Positions 29,354 through 44,675 of a DNA stretch of 64,000 bases are shown here, piece by piece (the first letter of the stretch is position 1; each line of letters opens with the position of its first letter). Both the position numbers and the translations under genes were made by a program. The stretch lies in assembly GCA_964016885.1 (NCBI GenBank), contig OZ024749.1:49600001-49664000 (forward strand). Direction: 5' to 3'. Below the pieces are notes generated by a model. The model saw only the letters and a program-made list of their open reading frames with translations. It did not search any database and was not told the DNA's origin. This stretch comes from Eledone cirrhosa. Taxonomy: Eukaryota.

Positions 29354-29962
29354 TAATATTATATAAGTGTTTGTGTGTGTGTGTACCAAATCAGCTCAAT
29401 CTAGAGGTAACACTATCCAACACCGTTTAACTTGTGACATTAATTCTAAGCACTTACTTTTCCCAATTTTCATCGGAAATGGTTTAGTTTTCTCTCTGAT
29501 ATAGTCATCGTATATATATGTATCGCTTTTACGTGTGATCAACGCTTGCAACTTTCAGGTTCTCTTTGCCAAATGTAGTACCTGTCTATAACACTAGTGA
29601 TTGTTGGAATCATGTCAAATCTATCTGTGTTTTGTTGTAGTATAAAATCAAACATCAAGCCTACGTACACTCAACTAATATAATCTGAACATTTTTCTTT
29701 TATTTTTTTTCTTTCTTTGATTGTTTTGCATAGGAACCTTGTACTACGTTCCGGGTCACAAATAGATTGAATTGGCAGCTATTATATTTAGGTATCTTAG
29801 ATCACTGATCTACATTTATTTCTATCCTCGTACACATGTCATTGGTTTATCGCATTATATGAACCAGTACACATTAACTCGTTCTATAATGTCATCACGT
29901 TTATCCTATTTACACATTACCAAGCATTTATTCAATATTGGTTCATTCTTTTTATAGATAAT

Positions 29963-30121
29963 AATTGTTTTTACGTTTGGCACAAGGCCAGCAATTACTC
30001 AGTGCATTAATGGTACTTTATTTTATCGACCCCGTAAGGATGAAAGGCAAAGTTAACCTCGGCAGGATTTGAACTCAGATCATAAAGGGGCGTAACTCTG
30101 TGCTACAAAGCATGTTGTCCG
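29963..30121 (-). mobile_element. SINE family S
   Basis: Tail, central domain and B box. Confidence 0.9.
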
Positions 30122-32432
30122 AGTAGTTGTTTTAGTACCCAGTCAACTTTAACAAAACTCTCTTCAGAGAAATGCTACTCCAAACGCATTTTGTGTTTGC
30201 TATTTCGAAGATATCAACCAGCCCTATGAAGGTTTGTTTCATTCGATGTGGTTGCTGTTATTAACCTTTATTGTTTATCTCCTCACCTCAATACGTCAAA
30301 CAGAGATCAGAATTATTCAGGGCATATTTGTGTGGAGAACTTCAATATGTAACATGTATTTTAACAAGTGTATACTTTAGGTTGTTTATCTAGTATATGG
30401 TACAATTGTGTAGATATTGTTATTGACTAGCGTAAAATGTAGCATGCATACGATATTATAAATCGATTAGGAGAATAGTTTTCAATTTTTCAATGTAAAA
30501 ATTACTTATTAGAAAGAGTAAGTGATTAAACATATAGTGGTGTTCTTAACCATCTCAAAATATCAGGGGTATATCCCTAAATTGATATAATGATGTATAC
30601 AAATATGATGTATACGAATAAAAACAAATAAGATGTTTTCATTTTGATGCTCCCTTTGAAGATAAATATCTGCTATCTTGGCTGGCTCTTTAATAAATAT
30701 CAAGTTCAACAACATATATGTGTTATGGAGTATTGAAGACAAAATAAAGAAATATTAAATAATCAATAATCTATATTTGCTAGTAAATATTAGACTTTTT
30801 CATTCCTGGATTTTTCACTTAATGTACGGATCAACATGCACATCCATATTGGAAACTCATCGTACATGCTAAATTTACCGGACGGTATTTACTTTGCTCT
30901 GTCGTATTTCCAAAGTTTATTGAACCTAATTTGAACATAACTATTCAATAGAATCAATTTTGTATTTCATTTTCAACGGGGAGTTAAGTTACCAAATAGA
31001 TAAAATATGGTCAAGTTGTATAAATCGATTTGTAACGATGTGTACCGTTAAGAGGAATATAACTTCAGGCATGATAATTCAATGCTATCCAAGATTCATT
31101 TGTGTTAGATTTGATCTTATGTAACATTCAACTTATTAATTCTAAATCGTTGTCAATAAATACTCGATGCTTACGGACATTCTGGCAGGCATGGTTGTGT
31201 GAATATATGCGGGTTCAACAATAATATTGTAAGAGGAATTTGCAAAACCGGATTAACTAAACCTATGGCAATAATAAGATGTCAATAAAAGAACTTCATT
31301 AAAAAGATAAGATGCTTGATTCCTTCAAGAGAACAGTCCGTTCTGAAAGTAAATTGCAACGCAAAGCGGGTAAAAGCATATTATATGTACGTAGTGCTGA
31401 TGTAGTATAAACGCGGATATAAAGCTTGAAAATATAAACACTGGTAATAATTATATTATTATATTAGAATTATTATTAATATTAATTAGTTTTAGGTATC
31501 ATTTTACACATGGCACTAAAACCATTTCGAAGGGAAGCTTCTATAATGTTTTGAGGACATAGCCAAAGAGTAAAGTATTTGTCTTATCATCATTAATTTC
31601 GGTCACACTACATATCTCATTTCTTTGCTTCTCAATCCAGCCGTTGTGGTTTAACTAAAATATAAGCAGTCAGAATTCCTCTACTACTCTCCTTACACTG
31701 GTAGGACTGATTTGTTTTAGGTGAAATAAATGACCATGTATCGGGAAGCAGATTTAGTCGCCTGATTTGCGCTGAAGTTCCGCAACAAGGGAGAACTTGA
31801 ATTCCGACAACAAAGACTTGATGGGGATTTTATTTATAAATTGAGAACAGATTTTTAAACTGTCCGTGATAATTATTTAAATTATCATTTAATTAGATTT
31901 CTTTGTTCCTTAAGTTGATCCATGTTTCAACCCTGATAAATAACATTAATATAGAGAGAATTTCAGCTATTATGTTTTCGATTTTCTCTTTTTTTTTACT
32001 TTTCATATGAATGATAACTTTGTATAATGTCCCGTTACGTTTTTGAAAATACAATTGTTATTTAACTAACATTTCTTGCGATCCAACCGACAATGTTTCG
32101 TTCATAATTTAAATTTCGCCAAAGGTAATAATATACTGAAATGATCTATAACCATCATCTCATCCATTCAGACATAGCGTATAAAGAACTAAAGTATTCA
32201 TTGTTTTGGTTTTAAAAATAATTCGTGTAATTAAAAGATTTGTTTAAGACTAGAGTTAATTAAGTATGTGACAATATACTTCTTTAGCCCATCCTTTATC
32301 ATACAAAGAAACATAGTTGTTATTTAAATAAAATATAATCAATAATTTCAGTCTATTGCATCATTGATTTACCGAATAGTATAAAGTACCAGAATAAATA
32401 CCTTATTGTATAATACTATGGTTTAATAATAC

Positions 32433-32618
32433 TTGTTTCTACTTTAGGCACAAGGCCAGCAATTACCCAGTGCATTACTGGTACTTTATTTTATCGACCC
32501 CGTAAGGATGAAAGGCAAAGTCAACCTCGGCGGGATTTGAACTCAGATCGTAAAGGGACGTAACTATGCTTGAAAGCATGGCGTCCGACCCTCTACCGAT
32601 ACTGCCAATCCACCGCCC
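32433..32618 (-). mobile_element. SINE family S, full length and consensus-like
   Basis: Reverse complement starts gggcggtggattggcagtatcggtagagggtcggacgcc; B box gagttcaaatcc. Confidence 0.93.
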
Positions 32619-35046
32619 TATTAGATTTCTTTGTTCTTTAAGTTGATCCATGTTTCAACCCATGTTTAAACAATGGTTTAATAATACTATGGTTTAATAA
32701 TACTATGGTTTAATAAGACCGACAATGTATTAGCCTTTATCCTTCTTCTCAATAAAATAAACGCTAGTAATATATTAGTAACGAATCGATTGTCTATATA
32801 CTATGCCATTAATAGGAACCTACATCATTGTAAATAGATCGATATTTAAGGAACTTTATAAAGCTTAATAATTTTAATATTTTCTGATAAAGATCAAAGA
32901 TACTATTACCGTGGTAATGCTATTCTTATTGTTATTATTAGCCATTTTTTTCTGATATTTCATACAGCGGCTTTTAAATGGAAAATTAGGTCAGGTAATT
33001 ACTTTTACAAATGTTTTCACTGAAATTTACTAAAAACATTAATTTTTCGGTGTATAATCAATTTTTATAGCAGTTATTTATTATTATTATTTTTTTTATT
33101 TTAAATGTTCTTGTTCGTAGTCAGTACAGAAGAGTTCCTTGGCAGCATACGGTGTAATTGATATACAAGCTATTTTAAGAAGCGTAAAAAATGTTTAAAA
33201 AAATCATATAATATAGAGATGGGAGGGCGATTTAGAATGCTGCACTGGATGATTTAGTGTAACTAGTTCGGTAATTCTCTACACTGTGTTCAAGTCGATA
33301 CAGTATTTGTTTCGTCTTATGTAGTCTGGAAAAAGTGTGCTTGGAAAAATTTGGGAAGTTCTCAAATTACCGTACTCCACTATTGAATGTGCTCAAATTC
33401 TATATAGCTCACGTTGAAATTACGAAAAGTAAAGCAAAAAAAAACAAACAACTAGTTTACTCAATACTTACTTAAATATGATACGAATCATCTATGCCAT
33501 TGTTTGGCTAGGATACAAATGATAATATTCCAATTCCTTATTTTTTAAGGTATCCAGTCAAAGTTTCTGCCGGAAATATGTATGCATAAATAGTTGGAAT
33601 TACAATAAATTCAGGCTAATCATTTAATTCAATCTAATATGTACCAAAGCCGGAATAGTTCAACGTTAGTAATAGTGGGAGGTGCCAATATTAAATTGTT
33701 TTTTTTTTAGAGAAATTTCTGTTAAGGTGAGATAACGTGTTCGATTAAGAATTAACCTTCTTTTACATTTGTTTGCATTCAGGAAACTTACTGATATAGT
33801 GGAACAATGGCATGAGATTCTATGAAGAGTGTTTTCGTTTGTAAATATAACCTATATATAACTGTTACTTAGCTGATTGACTGCTGTATTTGGCATTAGC
33901 ATGACAACTAGATATTTTATCGCCGCATAGCGGTAACTAAATTCATAATGTGAGTGTATGGACGAACATAATTAATTGTTGCAAGTCATTAATTGACTCG
34001 ACCTTTTAACATTTCAGCAACTGAATTGAATTCGTAGAATCAATTGCATAATATTTCGTAATTAAAGGAATTCCGAAAAGGCCTGATTAACTTGATAATG
34101 CAGAGAAAGCATTGGAATTACCACTGTAGAGCATTTCTACATAACATCAGTAAATATGGAGAAATAGCTATGACGTATTGCAATAAACCTTTGTAATAGC
34201 AACCCGCCTGAGGACCCAAGTACTAAAGTGTGCATCTTTAAAAGGACATGTCCATTAGAATCTCAATTAAAACATTTATAACAGGAAATTACAGTCAAGG
34301 GACTCCACCGACATATATACCAGTATATAAAGCCAACATCTCTAATTATACTGTATCTCTCTATATTAAATATCGATTGAAAATTCATTAGAAATATAGT
34401 TACGACAATGTTACATTCAACGGGAGCTAGAGCCATTTTCTCAGGGGTTCAATAACAGCGTGTAATGCATATCACTAATGTCTGCAGGTAACTGGTAATG
34501 TAGACGTGATTCGTCTTCCAGATGAGAGACTTTAAAGCTAGATTTATTGTTTCCTAGCTAGCAGGTATACATCTTTGATCATATCCTTTCGACAAGAAAT
34601 ACATGTATCCTGTCCATTTATATTAGAGTTTGTCAAGCATATCAGTACTGAAAACCAAATGCTAGCAGTCTTAGCCTTTGAACTGTCGTTGCAATTTAAA
34701 CAAACTCAATTTGAGAAAACTACATGAAAAAGATTGGCATTTACTGCATGGAAATTTGGAATTCTCATCCGTCTATTATCAGGATGCTTTCAATAATCCA
34801 CTTGCAATGTAATGTATATATAAATATGTACATTTATATTCGTAAAATTGTAGTATTCTCAGCGCGAGCGGCAGCCGCAAAAAGCTTCATATTATATGTA
34901 GAGTGCATCTTGTTTTTCTTGGGTGGGGTTTAACATACAATCTCAAATCGAAAGGAGAGTGGGAGAGAAAAGAAGGAGTGTCTAAACAATGAGATAATAA
35001 CTGAGAGTGTTATATATGTGTAATGTGTATGTGTGTGTGTGTGTGT

Positions 35047-35102
<56 letters not shown>

Positions 35103-35660
35103 ATCCGCATGCCTGTTTTTATTGTATAATTGTGCATATATTTTAGTTAAAATAGATCATTTGGAATGCACTAGAAATAGATTATATTTTCTGGGTTGGC
35201 GTTGTTAGCACATGAGATAAATGATTAATTCATTAAACACCATCCGTACGCCTGTCGCAAATATTCTAAATTAAAACAAGTGTTGTAAATATGAGCAACA
35301 AAGTTTAAAATAATAGAACTATGTGATTCCAGGAAAAACCCGCTTTCTATATCTGTCTTCGTAGTTAATATAGGACAGAATCACTTAAATGAACAAACAT
35401 ATAAAGATATCAGATCAGTACTTAATTCCACAGTCAATTATTACATGATATTTCTATTACGAAACTTCATATATATTATAGTGGAAAACCTTCTGCGAAA
35501 TCACATCATGAATGCATTGCATTATTAACCATATTATATTGGAACACAGAAGGTTACTGAACTTTCGGTAACTGAAAAGCATATCATTGTGTTGTTTGAA
35601 CATATGTGAATTATTCTCTTTGCTTAAAAAACGCAATTTGTTAGTATATTAATAATTGCA

Positions 35661-35866
35661 GGGTAGTGGATTGCCAGAATCAGTAGAGTATCGGACACCA
35701 TGCTGTGCAGCATAGAGTTACGGCCCTTTAGGGTATGAGTTCAAATCGCGCTGAGGTTATCTTTGCCTTTCGTCCTTGCGGGGTCGATAAAATAAAGCAC
35801 AAGGGGTCGATTTAATCAGCTTACTCCCCTCCCCAAATTACTGGTCTTGTGCCTATAGTAGAAATT
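35661..35866 (+). mobile_element. SINE family S, long variant with a 16-bp TSD
   Basis: TSD tatattaataattgca at 35645-35660 and 35866-35881; extra segment ggggtcgatttaatc...cccctccccaaatt. Confidence 0.92.
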
Positions 35867-36533
35867 ATATTAATAATTGCATGAGGTTAAGATAGGACGC
35901 TAGAAAGTGTAGTCAATCTTGAAACTATTCGAATATATAAGTTAAACACTAACTATACAATTATGCATTATATAAAAATATATATAAGTCAGTCTATTCA
36001 ATGGGTGTAAATCAGAATTGATTAAATTATATAGTTGTAATTAGTTATACTATGGTAGAAGAACATCTCACAGACTGACTATGAAGAAATGATACTAGAG
36101 CAATCAAATCTTGTAGGCATTTAATTTTACCCGTCCTTATTAATAACTACATTGTTTCTTTCCAGAGACTCTGTTATATAATACACCTCATTTGATAATT
36201 CCTTGAGAGTATCTTGTTCTGTCTATGAACATTTTATCCTACCGTTGTATGTGGCTTCTCTCTACGAATGGTTGGACTTTTCGCTAACAGTTTGAAATTC
36301 TCTCTCTTTCCTTCCTCTCTCTCCCTCACCTATATATTTTCTATCGGCTCCAATCACATCGACATTCTCTTATCTATATTTTACTCTTTCTCATTTTATT
36401 CACCCTTCTTCTCACACCCCTCATCCTCTCTATCTATCAAGAAACAAAATGTATAACTACTTCATAAACTACATATTAATATAGCACATCTACTTCAGGA
36501 GAGAGGTCAACAGAAACACAGAACATAGTAATG

Positions 36534-36585
<52 letters not shown>

Positions 36586-36988
36586 TTACACAACATAATT
36601 CTTCACTTCGCAATTCCTATAATTATTAAAAGAAATTTCAGAGTTCACACACAACTAAAGATCGCTGATTGTATTTGCTTCGTTTGGGTTTTTCTACCAC
36701 ATGCACGTGTTTCACTTCAACCGAAACACTATTATAAAGCGTAAATGATATATAAATGTAACCTACTAGGTGTGTATTATATTTGTGAAGAAATTATTTC
36801 AGATTGCTGTAGGTTTCCCTACGTAATATATTCTATGTTTATATACAAAGAGATCTGGTTTAGCGCTATTGAGATAAAAGCTAAAAAAAACTATAGAGAA
36901 TGTAATGTCTTGCAGCTGATAATAGATTTACTGAAAGATGTATAAGAATAGTGATTCAAATTGTTTTGTATTACACACAAACATAAAC

Positions 36989-37066
<78 letters not shown>

Positions 37067-37278
37067 GAAACAATGAAACAATGTATTACGTGTGTAGTTT
37101 AACCCATTACGATTTAATAGGACATAAATATTTAGCTGAAACGAATGAAACTTACAGAAATACAAATACAGATGAACAGACTTATCTCTTTTTTTATATA
37201 AATCAATCATTCACTGTATGCACTGATTCACACACACACGCATACATATATAAAGATAAAGTTAAACGTTCTTACTCA

Positions 37279-37333
<55 letters not shown>

Positions 37334-37801
37334 CGTTTAACATTCTCTGTCTCTGACTTTACATCTTTCGGCAGCGGTCTACCTGTGCTATTATATTTAA
37401 ATGTTTCAGCGATTACATCGGAATCACTTCCAGTACGTATTTTAATTCTGAACTCATTTTTACCGTGTGTATTATTGGAAACAATAGATGCAGGTCATCT
37501 CGTCTCATTTAGGAGATCAAGAGGGTTAGATAGAATTCAGGGGCGTTAGATTTTTTGTAATAATAAGAAATTGAAATCAAATGCATCCACATTATTTGTA
37601 TTCAGATTACTATACAATTAGTATTGATTGCAAATATAATTGTTTAATTTTAATTTTGCCATTTGTGTCAATAAAATGTCTCCCATATAATGGATCGGTC
37701 AAAACGATAGAACATTGAACGAGTCGTATCTTGACATTTGTAACGGAGCATTTGGTGTTCAATTCTTATATATTTCCGAAATAATCTATTATATAAATAT
37801 T

Positions 37802-37885
37802 AATTGTTTCTACGTTAGGCACAAGGCCAGCAATTACCCAGTACTTTATTTTATCGACCCCGTAAGGATGAAAGGCAAAGTTAAT
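37802..37885 (-). mobile_element. SINE family S, truncated
   Basis: Tail and central domain. Confidence 0.88.
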
Positions 37886-38755
37886 GATGTCAAGACAGTT
37901 GACTATGGTACAATCATGACGACGATAAAGGTTATGGACATAGAAGTTAACCATGAAATGGACAAATACATAGAATAATTATTTTGTTTCTCACAAAGCG
38001 TTAGAATTTATTACAAAGCTAAGTGATTTTTTTCTGTTTTCCTTCTATCTAAATCTCAACAATAGTCTTTGTAAATTCGGTGGCACATATATGAAAAGTA
38101 GAATGATATAATAAATTCGGCGAAAATAGGAGAGAATACAATAGGGACGGATAGATAAATATTCTAATTTAATATATCTCTAACATCCATTGTGAAAGCT
38201 AATATATTCTACCAACAGATAGAAAAAAGTATCTATGTGACCATCGAATAGGCGAGAAATAAGATCCTTATCTAAATAAATCGAAAGTCTAGCTTCTGAA
38301 AAAAAATGAGAATATTGTATGATTCAATCTAGTGTAAAATATATCCAGAATAAAAATATACAGTTTGAAAGAGAAGGATGGATTGACGTGTGTTGGAAGG
38401 GGCGTCGACATAACAGAAACCAGCAACATCAACAAAAGACAAGGAATAACGTGAGAGGACAAGACACAGGGAAAGTAGGATATGTTGCCAGTGAGAAAAT
38501 AGCAATATGAACATATAGATTTACATGTTCCCATTTTTATATCGAAGGTTTAACCTTTTGGCAAACACACACTCTCTCTCTTTCTCTCTCACTTTCTCCT
38601 CTCTCTCTCTCTCACACACACATACATATATACACACATACATACACACGTTATATATATATACATACATAGAGGGAGAGAGAAAAAAGACTCTCAAGAT
38701 TTCGAAAGGCCAAAATAAATATACATATGTGATATGCAGACACACACAGACACAC

Positions 38756-38795
<40 letters not shown>

Positions 38796-41700
38796 CATAT
38801 GTACATACAGGCATCCATACACAGATACATACATGCAACCAGGCATACATGTACATCATACGCATATGCGTGTGTCTATATACGTTACATGGGGCGTGAC
38901 TATTGCAATTATTGGATGTTAAGTGATTTCTATTATTCATTTTATCATTATTGTGAGAACTGTGGCGTCGCTTCTGAATAAAAATCTAATTTACAGGATT
39001 ATGAGGGCGGAAAGAGAATGAATGCGAAAGACAGATGGAGAAAATAGTGACTTAGATAGATAGACATGAGAAGTGAGAAGCATAAAAACAGTGAGAGAGA
39101 AACTCAGGACAACTGAGAGACGTTAAGAGGATTGTCCAGGATAAAATTTTGAAACGAATCTCCGTCTCGTAAAGCCTACGTTTAGCTGTGCAAGATAGCA
39201 AGTAAAATATTTACTTATATTTTGTGCAGGTGATGACATTATAATATTTTCCATAAGCCCATCTTAAAAGTCTGTGGTTTAATGGTTATGGTAACATTTA
39301 GTTTTACATTTCTTTTTGGCTTTGATTCATATTGTGATAACTATTTTTCTTTATTCTTGACATCATTGTTCAACGTCTAATTATGTTTTTGTTGCTGTTG
39401 TTTCACGTTTAATTTTGGTGAGAATTTCTGCAACGTCTAGCATATTTCAGATCCATATAGTAACTCAGTTGACGGTTTGTCTAACTTTTAATCATGCTTC
39501 ATTCAATTTCCATACGAGTTTCAATAAACCTTTAATCTTTTCAATATTTTACCATTTTTTTCTGTTAATTCAAATATAAAGTACGATATTATATTTTCTA
39601 AAGAAAGAATGGAATGATATGAAAAGAAAAATGCCAAAGAATCTGTGTCACAGAAATAAAGACGAATGAGAAAAAGTGAAAATTGAAAATAATGCCATTA
39701 TCCTGAACATTCCACTGTAATATTCTCCTCACTTTCGTAAACAATGCTTGCATCATTTCAGATTAGGGTAGTAAGGATAGTAAACCTGTTTGAGTGGAAC
39801 AGATTTTAAATTAAAATTTGTCTTGGCAAGTAAATTCGATTTTGTAATTTAAGTAAGCGTCACTTTTAAATAACACGGCAATGCTTCATCAATTTAAGCA
39901 CGTCAACACAAAGTGGAGAAAGAAAATTACTAAAGAAATAAATTGAATGGTATAGGGCCAATAAATGATAATATACATGGAACAATTCTTTTCCTCGAAA
40001 TGAAAAGTAAATCTACAAAAACATTATCGTACTTGATTAAGGGAATTAGGAACTCTAGTCCTTAGGTTAAGAATTTGCTAATGAATTCTGTTATCAAGGA
40101 ACTAGTAGACAGAAGCATCAACTGCAATAGCAATTTAAATACTGTTAGTTCAGTACATAAATCAACTCTAGTTGACTGACGTTACGCTGCAGCATATATA
40201 CTGATGATATGCTACTAGAATTAACTAAATAATTCTAGAGCTAATCTGCATGTGTAGATCTACCGGCTGGAATCCTCAGTGAGAGCTGACTTGGAGAGAA
40301 TTGTAATCCTGTTAGCAAACTTACATACAGACATGTTATCGGATGGCATTCCTAAGCATTACATTGTGTAAAGCTTAGCAATCTGTATAACATGCCTCAT
40401 GCTTGTAAAGGCTTTATTATTCCTTGCTATAGGATGGATGGCTGGAAGATTCATAGACTGACGAAGATATTCTTATTGAATGAACAAATGATGGTTTAAT
40501 TTTTATAGAATACGTCTTTATGCCAAAACAAAACACATATAGGATTGCAAAAAGTATCACCATGAAAAAACCAACTCTAATGTTGCAAAATACTCTCCGA
40601 TTGAATATGTTGGCGATGTAATTTAGGCGTAGACATTTTTCACTTGTTTCATGTTTCATTCCTGACCAAGCAAACTGAAATGTTTTCAACAACGTAAAAC
40701 CAGCTAAATGTACCAAATGACACGTTGTTTATATTTAATTTATATTCGTATTATACCCAAATTTTCCCGTTTAGAAATGTTCTCGATTCATAACATGAAT
40801 TTAAAAAGTATATTTCATGCTATATCTTAATGATTGTTTTTGAAATAACCATTCGCAATTTGTATATTGTATATATTAAAACTTAGTGTCTCACAATTTA
40901 AATATGAATTGTAATTGTGAAAGAAATATGACTTTTATTCGCTTCGATGTGTACCATATTTTCCGGCACTGTTATAAGTTTCGCCGTAGCAAATTAATTA
41001 CTCTCATTTTAAATGTCATAAACAAGCCTATTGTATATTTTCTGTAGCTCAGTGGATTAGAAAACATTTATCGAGGTTAGTAGAAAGGCAGATATGCACA
41101 CCATGTATGGGAACAGCATTGCGAGAACAGCTACCGTGTAATATACATATGTGTGTGTGTATGTGTTTCCTCAAACTCAAACCTTGTTCTACTGCATAAA
41201 ATTCACGTTATAAATATTCAGTCTGCTTTATTTAAAATTCTAACTTACACAATTTCGCAGATTTCTTTTATCTCTTATATTTTTTCTCTTCTCAATCTTT
41301 GGAAAAAAAATATATAGAAAAATGGCATTCGCCTGAAGCGTTGATCATTTTTTCTTCTTTTCCACGCGGCAAATATTTTCATATGTGAATATATTTTTTA
41401 TTATTGCTATTTCCTTATGGATAGAAAACTTTACACATTTTTTTTTATAATAGAGGAAAGAGAAAGATTAGTAAAAACGTAATAAATCAAACTACAATGC
41501 AATGATTTAAACTCGGAAAGGCTTGAAGCTATACATTAGATTGTGAAACAATCGTTTGATAATTTCATACAGGGAAGTAAATAAGTCTACAACTGTAACC
41601 AAAGTTAAGCTCAAGTCATACAAGTCCACGTTAAATATGTATTCCTAAATGAGTTGTGTAATGTCATTAAAATAACTAAAAGAGCATTAATGAAATTAAT

Positions 41701-43232
41701 ACGAATGTTCGTAATGATTAATTAGAATGTAAAATCAATATTCTAACAGTCTAACTATCTGTTCAAACTATTATATATCCCACAAAACAACCAGTTGAAA
41801 TAGACGTTGTATAATGTTCTATTACATAAACTATATCAAAAGATAGATGGTTTTAGAATTGGAATCATATTGATTTCAGTTAATCGATCAGGACCTATTA
41901 TGGGAAAAACAACAACACTAACAATCCCAGAAGAGTATATTAAAATAAAATAGATCACTAGGATGCTTCCTCTCTGATTGTTGCCGAGAACGCCCTCTGC
42001 CACAGAAACATATCCCAACAATAAATTGATTCAATGGTTTTGCAAAGATGTTGTTTTAGAAACAGAGATAATGTTATGTACATTTGATACTAAATAACTC
42101 AATCGGAAATTCATCTCTCTCACTGCCACTCTTTCCTCTCTATATCTGTTACACACACACGCCCTCTCATTTTCACCCTTTCTCTCTCTCTCTTGTATAA
42201 GTTCATCTAATTTTGAGAAATCAAAATTTCGATATTCTGTACATTACTATCTCTTGGCAGTAGCCTTGAGGGCTGCGTTGTCTCATTGGATAACATATAT
42301 AATCGATTACAATTCTTGGATTGGAAAATAATATAGACGGCAGTATTTTGCTTCAGTGTATCTAATTTGCTAAATAACGATTTTTTCATCAATCCCGTGT
42401 GAGTTTACATACCCTTTTGTGTCAAAAGAGATAATATAATAAACCATATAGTAATTTACTCGTATCAAATCTGTCGATCAATAGCTTCTAACTAAAAGTT
42501 TATTTCACCAAGAAATGCTAATCGATATAATCGCTTAACTCAAAAATAATACGATCGAATGTTTTGTTCATGTTTTTTGCCCAACAGTTCTATTCTTCGC
42601 AAATTACCAAATGATTTCGAGTGTCTTATTCATCTTATCTACTCTATCTTGTATTCTTTAGTTATTTCGATCATGTGTTTGTGAAACATAACTTTACGTG
42701 TATTTCCTGTGCCAAAAGGAGTATAGATTTATATAAAGAAAAAAGTAGCCAGATCAAATGGAATACATTTTAAATATCAGTGAAATATAATCTTTTGAAT
42801 TCCATCGATTGTTTTGAAACATATAGTGGGGGTGAAGGCTATATTAATTCAAAAGGAATGAGTGAAATGAGATTTAAAATAGATTCGTTGTACAAATATT
42901 TATCATTTTAGATGACCGCACCTTTTCTGGCTTTGTTAGTGACAGCACTGACCTTCCGAGAAAAAGAGGGTAGGAGGATGAATATGATGTACTCGGATTG
43001 GTTACACGGTTTAAGGGCTTTCAACAGTTTAAACCCTGTTACGAATATCTGTGTGTCCGATGGGTGTTAGTTCCAAGGTAGGATTAATTATTTTACTCAA
43101 GTAGAATTCTAATATGTGTGAACTACATAATGTTATTTTCCAGCAAGATTTGCTCACGAAAACTGAATCAAAACTGTTGTGTTTATAGTCACAATGTTTA
43201 TTTATATGTTTTTCGTTTATAATATAATTTCA

Positions 43233-43370
43233 GAGATACGGCCCTTGTCATTCTGAGTTCAAATCCCGCCGAGGTGATCTTTGCCTTTCATCCTTACGGT
43301 GTTGATAACATAAAGTACCAGTAATGCACTGAGTAATCGCTGGCCTTGTGTCAAAAGTAGAAACAATTAT
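43233..43370 (+). mobile_element. SINE family S, 5'-truncated, 11-bp TSD
   Basis: TSD atataatttca at 43222-43232 and 43369-43379. Confidence 0.9.
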
Positions 43371-44210
43371 ATAATTTCATATTTATTTCATTTTTTTTTC
43401 TTTTTTATGTTAATTAGTAATGATATAAGTATACTATATTCTTCATTCCTCTTTCATTAAACATTCATTATGACACGATAGCCTAATGATGTATTCTTTA
43501 AAAACCTAAAGAGAAAGATATTTATAGTTTCTTTCTGAATACAACATCATTTTTTTTTTTTGTTTTTGCTTTTTTTTTTTTCTGCATGCAGATGAAAAGT
43601 AAAAGAAAACGCTGATCATTTACTAATGCTGATATTATCAACATCGAATAAAACATGTATTTTCTTTATAAATGATAGTGTGACTATTTAGTATTTTTTA
43701 ACCTAGCTAACTTGGACATTTGTAATTCGAACACATGTATACTTGTATCAGTGTTCATCCCTCTCGTATATTCATTTGTATATATATATATATCAAAGGT
43801 ATATATATATATTGAGTTAGGAATTCAAAATAATAAACCTGGCTGCTATTTTTAGTAGTGTAAGTTTGTGAGACGCGCTAGGATGCCATGTGCGTTGGTA
43901 TTTTAATATATAGCACACAATTCAGTTTTTAATATACATAGAGGTGTCTAGGATACTAATTCATCAACCACTGATGAACTTGAATTGGTAATTATATTCA
44001 CAATTAACATTGCGAAACAACAACAAGTTGTCTGGGTGATCGGTAGTTACCAGAATTCTGGTTTGTATTTATTTTCTTGATTTTTTCTTAGATTGAGACA
44101 AGCAAACCCAATTGTCTATAGTTAGTATTCTTTTCACCTTAGTGAATCTGATCCCTTACGATTTGAATACATATATGTATATATCTGTGTTCGTTTTTCT
44201 TTTATATTCT

Positions 44211-44262
<52 letters not shown>

Positions 44263-44371
44263 ACATATATATATATATATATATATGTGTGCGTCTGTGT
44301 GTAGGGGGGTATATGTGGGTGGGTGTATGTTTGCATGTGTGTGTCTGTGTGTGTACGTGTATACATATAAG

Positions 44372-44490
44372 CATTTATTATATGTACAGATCAAGGTGCA
44401 AAGAATCGCTGCCTTCACCCTTTTACGAGATCTTCAGTGTTTCAGAAGATTCCGTAAAAGGCAAAGCAGCGATTGTTTGCTTAAAATGTA

Positions 44491-44492
<2 letters not shown>
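44372..44492. mobile_element. Fold-back copy of the 4791 family
   Basis: 44398-44437 is inverted at 44443-44480; the minus strand reads CTGAAGA tctc gtaaaa gggt GAAG. Confidence 0.7.
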
Positions 44493-44526
<34 letters not shown>

Positions 44527-44529
<3 letters not shown>

Positions 44530-44623
44530 AACGAGTAGGACCCCTATTACACACTCTACTACCCTAACTATTGAGTACTTTGGTGCGTTATGGTCCACCT
44601 GGTTCCTTACCGCATTTCCTTCG

Positions 44624-44627
<4 letters not shown>
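44527..44627. mobile_element. Family T, minimal copy (two termini only, opposite orientation)
   Basis: aggaacgagtaggacccc joined to tattacacactctactaccc...ttccttcgttat, between (TA)n arrays. Confidence 0.85.

Positions 44628-44675
<48 letters not shown>

Noticed and set aside
31710-31830. Possible exon after ttgttttag
   Set aside because: All three frames stop quickly, and there is no donor site or homology.
40417-40716. 99-aa minus-strand ORF with a hydrophobic stretch
   Set aside because: No recognisable family or splice context; hydrophobicity is expected from T-rich DNA.
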